Source: Promethearchaeota archaeon (lineage in GTDB: Archaea > Asgardarchaeota > Lokiarchaeia > Sigyniarchaeales > SOKP01). Taken from it: DNA of 62,312 nucleotides. Shown in pieces: positions 56,530 to 62,312 of the stretch (position 1 is the first letter of the stretch; each line of letters begins with the position of its first letter). The stretch spans positions 1-62,312 of the forward strand of contig JBHLLU010000021.1 in assembly GCA_048938895.1 (NCBI GenBank). The letters are read 5' to 3'. Made by a program: the position numbers and the translations under genes. The notes beneath the pieces are model-generated. The model worked only from the letters and a program-made list of their open reading frames with translations. It was not told the DNA's origin and did not search any database.

Positions 56530-59415
56530 CTACCTTCTTTTGGATAAGAAGACTAAAATGAAACTTACACATCCAAGCGCAAGAAAAATAGCCCCACTAA
56601 TCATTAAACCGAAATTAACCGTAGTTGCATAAGTATATACATTAAAAGGTAACTTTAATTCATCTTCCATATACGGTACTGTAAAGTCTTCTTTCATTCT
56701 TATACGCCAAGCCAATATTGCTTCCATTTGAGTGTCATCTAATCCAAAATAATCTTTTAACATAGTATATACACTTTGATTTCTATTCGCCCAAGACCAT
56801 AATCCATTTCCTTTATGGTTAATAAGAGAATAACCATCTTCTTCATCCCATAAATCCACTGAAGTTCTATGATCAATTTCAGAAATTACTGGTGGTATTC
56901 CGAGTTCCCAACCACTGATAATACTTAGACCAAAAGCAGGATTAAGAACAAGCCCACTCACAAAGAGTGTGCCATTGGTCCATTGACGATGGAATTCAAA
57001 TTCTGCTAAACCGAGGGTTGTGTATCCTGTTAGATTAGTTAAAAGGACCGGGATAATATTCTCTTTAAGGGACGTGAATAACCAGTTGGTTGTCATGTCA
57101 ACCTGAACCGAACTTAAACCAAATAAAGCAATCAATTCATTTTTTGCCCCAGTATCTCCATTATAAGCATTTATCCATTTTAAAATACCAATATTGTTAC
57201 TTATACCAAACTTGTTCTTTGTGTCAAAGAGAGCGACGGCTGCATTATATGATATATTAGACCTCGTTGGCAAACCTACTTCAAAACCCTTTAGTCCCTT
57301 ACCAAGATCCATCCCGCTAGGGATGACGGTTCCATTTGCCCATTGCTCTAAAAATAAGATTCCTGCATATTCCGTAGTTGTCAATCTAATACCGAGAGGT
57401 TGTTGGATGATAAAGACTATAGGGGTAAGAATATCCTTTGCTTTTGTTCTTATCCATGTATATAATCTACTAAATTGATATAATTCTAAATTGAAAGTTG
57501 CATTCAATTCATCTTGGATAATTTGATTACCTGTTGCAGCTTTATACCATTTTTCAATCCCTGTACTGTTTACGATTCCATTTGAATTCATTGGATCCCA
57601 GAAACTAAGTACTTTAGCATATTTAATATTAGTAGCACTCGGAACTCCCGCTTCTAAACCTTTTTGGGCGCTTGCTGTCACGATCGTACCTAATATGTAA
57701 TCTCGGATATATTTTCCAAAAGCATCTAGTTGATCCCATGTGGCGTTATAGGTCGTTTCCATTAAGGTTCTATTAGTTCCTATATGTAAAACAGCTGAAT
57801 CATAGAAATCTAACCAATTTAGGACACCAAATCCAGAATCTATATTGCTAAAGATTCCAGGAGCATCCCCATAACCATCCAACAATCTTTGCCGGGCTAT
57901 TACTGTAAAGTTAAGACAATTAGTGCCAGTAGTATTGTATTCCGAAACACCTTGTATAGTCGTTGTAAAGTTATCTTGAAATGTATAATTATTGAAAAAA
58001 TGATCTCGTGCAATCGTTACATTACTAATTCCTGGCAATTTATTAATTACGCCTCGAATTGTTGTAGCGGCAGTTCTCGCTTTTAACAGATCTCCAATTT
58101 CAACACTCAATTCGTTAAGTCCGATTCCCCCTGAAAAAATTGAGGCATTGGCCCATTGTATATAAAAATCTCTTAAAGCAGCAGTATCTAAAGTTAACCC
58201 TTCTAAAGCTAATTGAGCTGGAACGATGATACTTCGGATATATTGAATGATATAAGCAGTTAAGTTATTTAATTGATAAAAAGTGGCATTATATTGTGCT
58301 TGCATTGTAGCACCACCTGAACTTTCTGCAAAAAGTTCTAAATAATCCTTCAAACCAGTACCTAAGAATAGATTTTCTAATATTCCTGGAGCAGAATCAG
58401 TTCCATATAAAATTCTTTTTTGAGCTGTGGTAGTATAGCTAAGATTATTCATTCCTCCAGTTTGTTGTTCTGAAATACCCATAATCGGTGTAAGATTTTT
58501 AGTATCTGTAGACCAGTTTTCATCATTAAAGAAAAGTTCTATAGATTTATCATCAGCATATTTTGATGGTGTTCTTGTTCTATTCCATGTTTTAGAAATA
58601 ATATCATTCCATAAATAATCAGAAATATAATCCGCTACAGCTGTAAGTTGAACCCATGTTGAATTGTAAGCATTTTGCATGGTTGCATTGTATGCAATGG
58701 GATCTATTGTAGCATTCTCATAGAATTCCATAAAATCTATGACTCCCGTGCCATTTTCAACATCTTGAATTAATCCGGGATTGCTAAGGTATCCATCTAA
58801 TATCCTTTGTTGAGCTGTAGAAGTAAAATTCAATGATACTTTAGGATCTGTTGCAAACTCAGAAATTCCCGCTATTTTGGTGCCGTTGATGACAGTTTTG
58901 AAATAACCTCGATAAGAATAATTATTGAAAAATTGTTCTCTAGCAAAATCTGAAGTTGTAATATTATTATTGATTACTTGGTCTAAAGAATCACTAATAA
59001 TTAATGCTGAAAATCGACCATTGATAAATGCTAGAATGTCCTCGTATACCGCTGTAATACTATCGCTTATTATGGAAGCTGACATTGAAAAATTTAATCT
59101 CTCTTTAAATATTGGCATTGATAGATTTTTAAGATATAACAAGGTACTTGGTATAAAACGAAGTTCCACTATCTCATCTTTTATATCTACAATTTCTTGT
59201 TTTTGAATCTCTGGTAAAATTTCTGCTATTCCTAATCCAAGATACTGTTCTTCAATTTCTAATACGGCATCTTCATGAATGTGTGATATAACATTAGGTA
59301 TATTGTCGCCAACTTGATCTCTTATGTATTCACTTACAATCAAACCAGTTGGTATCAAACCAATACCAATCGCGATTAAAACAACAGCAATATTTGTTTT
59401 TGATTTATTTAGCAT
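56530..59415 (-). CDS. Large membrane-anchored repeat glycoprotein (N- and C-terminal TM)
   Basis: Hydrophobic termini, three FFNN..G.SE..T.TAQ.R.L.G..PG repeats, repeated QWxNGT motifs and many sequons; paralog of 35962-37620. Confidence 0.8.
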   Translation of the reverse strand: MLNKSKTNIAVVLIAIGIGLIPTGLIVSEYIRDQVGDNIPNVISHIHEDAVLEIEEQYLGLGIAEILPEIQKQEIVDIKDEIVELRFIPSTLLYLKNLSMPIFKERLNFSMSASIISDSITAVYEDILAFINGRFSALIISDSLDQVINNNITTSDFAREQFFNNYSYRGYFKTVINGTKIAGISEFATDPKVSLNFTSTAQQRILDGYLSNPGLIQDVENGTGVIDFMEFYENATIDPIAYNATMQNAYNSTWVQLTAVADYISDYLWNDIISKTWNRTRTPSKYADDKSIELFFNDENWSTDTKNLTPIMGISEQQTGGMNNLSYTTTAQKRILYGTDSAPGILENLFLGTGLKDYLELFAESSGGATMQAQYNATFYQLNNLTAYIIQYIRSIIVPAQLALEGLTLDTAALRDFYIQWANASIFSGGIGLNELSVEIGDLLKARTAATTIRGVINKLPGISNVTIARDHFFNNYTFQDNFTTTIQGVSEYNTTGTNCLNFTVIARQRLLDGYGDAPGIFSNIDSGFGVLNWLDFYDSAVLHIGTNRTLMETTYNATWDQLDAFGKYIRDYILGTIVTASAQKGLEAGVPSATNIKYAKVLSFWDPMNSNGIVNSTGIEKWYKAATGNQIIQDELNATFNLELYQFSRLYTWIRTKAKDILTPIVFIIQQPLGIRLTTTEYAGILFLEQWANGTVIPSGMDLGKGLKGFEVGLPTRSNISYNAAVALFDTKNKFGISNNIGILKWINAYNGDTGAKNELIALFGLSSVQVDMTTNWLFTSLKENIIPVLLTNLTGYTTLGLAEFEFHRQWTNGTLFVSGLVLNPAFGLSIISGWELGIPPVISEIDHRTSVDLWDEEDGYSLINHKGNGLWSWANRNQSVYTMLKDYFGLDDTQMEAILAWRIRMKEDFTVPYMEDELKLPFNVYTYATTVNFGLMISGAIFLALGCVSFILVFLSKRR

Positions 59416-59632
59416 AATACATATTTTGTACTGTATAATATAAAATTTATCAATAAAAAAACAATTTATTTGTTTATTTCAATTCTAAGTTTCATGTAAT
59501 TAGAAAATCATAGACTAAGGTAAAGTGTATTAATTTTAATCTGTTAGATAAAACTAAATCTATTCTAATATCAAATAAAATCTTTAAACAAAAAAAAAAC
59601 TTTTTTATAGATTTTATATTAAGAGGATTAAC

Positions 59633-60205
59633 ATGAAAAAACAAACAATAATAAAATTCATAATCCCACTTGCATTATTATCAAGTATTTATTCAGGAAT
59701 CTATTATAATTTAGCATTATGGCTAAAGAATGGAGTTTTTGAGTCATATTGGTCATTTTTCGTTTCCAATTCATTTTTTACAACCTCATTAACGATTACT
59801 TTTCTTGTGTTTTTCGTAATTCTTATAATCTCAATATATTACGCTGATAAAATAACTAATAAGCAAATCCTCACAATTTGTATTATTTTAATTGGATTCT
59901 GTTGTATTTACATCAGTTTTACAACAACGATAGAATGGTACTATCTTTATTTCTTTCTAATGGCAACATCTATAGCATATCTTACACCTTGCTTAATGAA
60001 ATTAACTAAAGATAGAGTAATGTCAGAAAAAATAGAAGGTTATGAAAGACACTCATTCCTAATAGCAGCAATTGCTTGGATAATTCTTTCAGTATTATTA
60101 TTTGCATTGCTTGGTAGATTATATCCAAAAGCATCATGGAGAATTCTTTACCTAATTACAGGAATTATTAATATTGCTTCATCTCCTTTAATTAATTTCC
60201 TTTAG
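59633..60205 (+). CDS. Six-TM membrane protein (half-MFS-like)
   Basis: YADKITNK loop and SWRILYLITG, as in MFS N-domains. Confidence 0.6.
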   Translation: MKKQTIIKFIIPLALLSSIYSGIYYNLALWLKNGVFESYWSFFVSNSFFTTSLTITFLVFFVILIISIYYADKITNKQILTICIILIGFCCIYISFTTTIEWYYLYFFLMATSIAYLTPCLMKLTKDRVMSEKIEGYERHSFLIAAIAWIILSVLLFALLGRLYPKASWRILYLITGIINIASSPLINFL

Positions 60206-60375
60206 ATTTTTTGATTAAGCTCTAATTATTGAACATTGACTAATTAAAACTTTTATTGCCCTTCCCCCTTTTTCATTTAAATTTTGAATATTTTTAAAAG
60301 AAATAGTAGTAATTATATTATTATCATAGCTGTATTAATTTTTTATCACATATTTAGATAGGAAGCAAAAAGTTT

Positions 60376-61176
60376 ATGTCTAAAGAAATTCCTGAAAATG
60401 TCAAGGATTCATTACGATCAATTGGTCTTACAGATTATGAAATTTCAATTTATCTCACACTAATTTCAAAAGGTCCAATGGATGCCCGAGAATTATCAGA
60501 TGCATCAGGAGTTCCTTATTCTCGGATTTACAATATTCTTACACAGTTAGAAAAAGATAAGATGTGGATCGTTAAGGAAGAGGAATCTAGACCTAGCAGA
60601 TATTTTGCAAAATCACCAGATGAAGCGCTTATTATTGCAAAAAAACAAAGAAATGATAACTTTAATGATCACTCAGATAAAATTATTCATACTTTAACTC
60701 CCATATATCAATCACATGATACTCCCATCAAAATCGCTTTATATGTTCACAGAGGAAGAGATGTTTGTATAAACAGAGCATTATCTTTAATTAATTTAGC
60801 AAAAACTTCAATATATTTTACATCAACTGAATTTGAATTACTCGAATTATTTTTTGATGATATTAAGAAAGCAAGAGCTAGGGGAGTTACAGATATTAGA
60901 CTCCTTGTTGATGCTAAAGCTTTAAGGGAAAAAAATTATAAATCTTTACTTAAAAAATATCATCCTATCTGTGAAATAAAGTGGAGAGATCAAATTTTTG
61001 GGAGTTCTGTAATCATTGATGAGGGTGAAGATGCTTTTGTCATACTTTCTGAAAGTTTCTTCCCAAAACAAATGTCTTACTTTGGGATTGTCACAGACCA
61101 TGTAGCTTTTGGCCCATCTGCCCTGTATTATTATGAATACTTATATAAAAGTGCTAATGATGCAAAATTAGATTAG
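60376..61176 (+). CDS. TrmB-family transcription regulator
   Basis: IGLTDYE..IYLTL...G...A.ELS..SGVPYSRIY.IL..L...RP..Y.A..P. Confidence 0.92.
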   Translation: MSKEIPENVKDSLRSIGLTDYEISIYLTLISKGPMDARELSDASGVPYSRIYNILTQLEKDKMWIVKEEESRPSRYFAKSPDEALIIAKKQRNDNFNDHSDKIIHTLTPIYQSHDTPIKIALYVHRGRDVCINRALSLINLAKTSIYFTSTEFELLELFFDDIKKARARGVTDIRLLVDAKALREKNYKSLLKKYHPICEIKWRDQIFGSSVIIDEGEDAFVILSESFFPKQMSYFGIVTDHVAFGPSALYYYEYLYKSANDAKLD

Positions 61177-61178
61177 AA

Positions 61179-61433
61179 TTAAAATTTTATCGTAATCGCG
61201 TTTTCAGGGCATATCTCAACACATTTGAAACATCGTGTGCAAACTGAAGGCCAAATTGCAGTAATTTTCCAATATTGAGGATCAAATATGTCTTCTTCCA
61301 TACTTTTTAAATCCTCATGCCGTAAAAAAACACAAGGATCACAAACATTTAGGCATTTGGCACATTCTCGAGGATCAACTTTACCTTCAGGACCACATTT
61401 CGAATAATCAATCTTAATTTTTGTTTTTCCCAT
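61179..61433 (-). CDS. Ferredoxin-like protein
   Basis: C..CAKCLNVC and CTRCFKCVEICP motifs; SD AGGTGA. Confidence 0.85.
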   Translation of the reverse strand: MGKTKIKIDYSKCGPEGKVDPRECAKCLNVCDPCVFLRHEDLKSMEEDIFDPQYWKITAIWPSVCTRCFKCVEICPENAITIKF

Positions 61434-61441
61434 TTCATCAC

Positions 61442-62311
61442 CTAAAAATGACCCTCAAATCCCTTAAATTCTTGTCTGGGGATAAGCTTCAACGCATCGT
61501 GTTTACAAGCATGACGGCAAATTCCACATCCAAAACATTTATCATAATCTATAATAACTCTCCCAATGGATGGAATATATCGAATTGCATTCCATTGACA
61601 CATAGAAACACAGGATTTACACCCTTGACAATTATCTTGATTTAAATCGATAATATATTCTGCTTTAGACATAATCATTAAATCAAAATCATTTCTTAAA
61701 CGTAGAGCACCGCATTCAGGGCTTTCACAATTACATATTGCATTTATATATGGGAAAGGTTGATACCAAACGGTTGCAACTAAACCATTTTTATTATGGG
61801 TTTCCATTCTTTCAACTGCTTCTTCACGAGAGATTCGGTGTGCTCTTTCTTTTGGTATAAATCTTGGTAATTTTTCTAATACTTCTGATAGTACTCCAAA
61901 ATTGATACAACTTTGATAGTTTATGCCTCTTTGCATCTTTCGACACATACAATATGTTTCAACAATAGGTTCTGCGGCTAATTCGCTAAGAATTATCTGT
62001 GCGTCCTCCATAGGAATAACTTGACCAATATGACCATCTGCTCTAATTGGTTTCTTTTTTCTAACAGTCCCATGAATCATACGTTCAACAGACCATCGAA
62101 GTATTTTACCAATAAGAGGCATTTGCAATTTATAACCTAATCCTTTGGATGATAATCCCGCTATTTTTCGGATATAGACCGCTTCAAAATTCATCCATTG
62201 CTCAGTCAGATATTCTTTAAGATCATATTCATCCGCTAGTTGATCTGAATAATTTCTTGCATTCATATACCATTTTTTACCAATTCCATGTTGTGTACAC
62301 CACTTACACAT
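61442..62311 (-). CDS. 4Fe-4S binding protein
   Basis: MCKWC..HG.GKKWY, CMCR and ICNC...C motifs, plus two CxxCxxCxxxC motifs. Starts at the window edge. Confidence 0.88.
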   Translation of the reverse strand: MCKWCTQHGIGKKWYMNARNYSDQLADEYDLKEYLTEQWMNFEAVYIRKIAGLSSKGLGYKLQMPLIGKILRWSVERMIHGTVRKKKPIRADGHIGQVIPMEDAQIILSELAAEPIVETYCMCRKMQRGINYQSCINFGVLSEVLEKLPRFIPKERAHRISREEAVERMETHNKNGLVATVWYQPFPYINAICNCESPECGALRLRNDFDLMIMSKAEYIIDLNQDNCQGCKSCVSMCQWNAIRYIPSIGRVIIDYDKCFGCGICRHACKHDALKLIPRQEFKGFEGHF

Positions 62312-62312
62312 A

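Overview
This is an AT-rich archaeal chromosomal segment. Its gene content points to an Asgard archaeon of the Lokiarchaeia type: a two-domain gelsolin, a Rab-like small GTPase, a RING finger protein, an SDS22-type LRR protein, an archaeal histone, a proteasome beta subunit, rpS30e, GPN and NOG1 GTPases, methanofuran biosynthesis genes and eukaryote-like SECIS elements. It holds about 55 CDSs and one tRNA; I see no CRISPR array, integrase or transposase. The ORF track misses several things. (1) Two tandem selenophosphate synthetases each carry an in-frame UGA at codon 18 and a 3'-UTR eukaryote-type SECIS with a shared extra hairpin. (2) At least six genes have conserved N-terminal motifs upstream of any ATG/GTG/TTG, implying ATT/ATA/ATC initiation. 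(3) A tRNA-Trp has two introns, one in the T-loop. (4) A synonymously diverged duplicate of the histone 3' end lies downstream of the histone gene, and a degenerate 180-bp tandem repeat lies upstream. (5) Candidate eukaryote-like proteins include a cytoplasmic IFT52-like GIFT-domain protein, a HEAT-PCI-Ig (adaptin-like) protein, a pseudo-GTPase/GTPase tandem, a type II pantothenate kinase and two repeat-built membrane glycoproteins. All family assignments come from motif recognition by eye; no database search was run.
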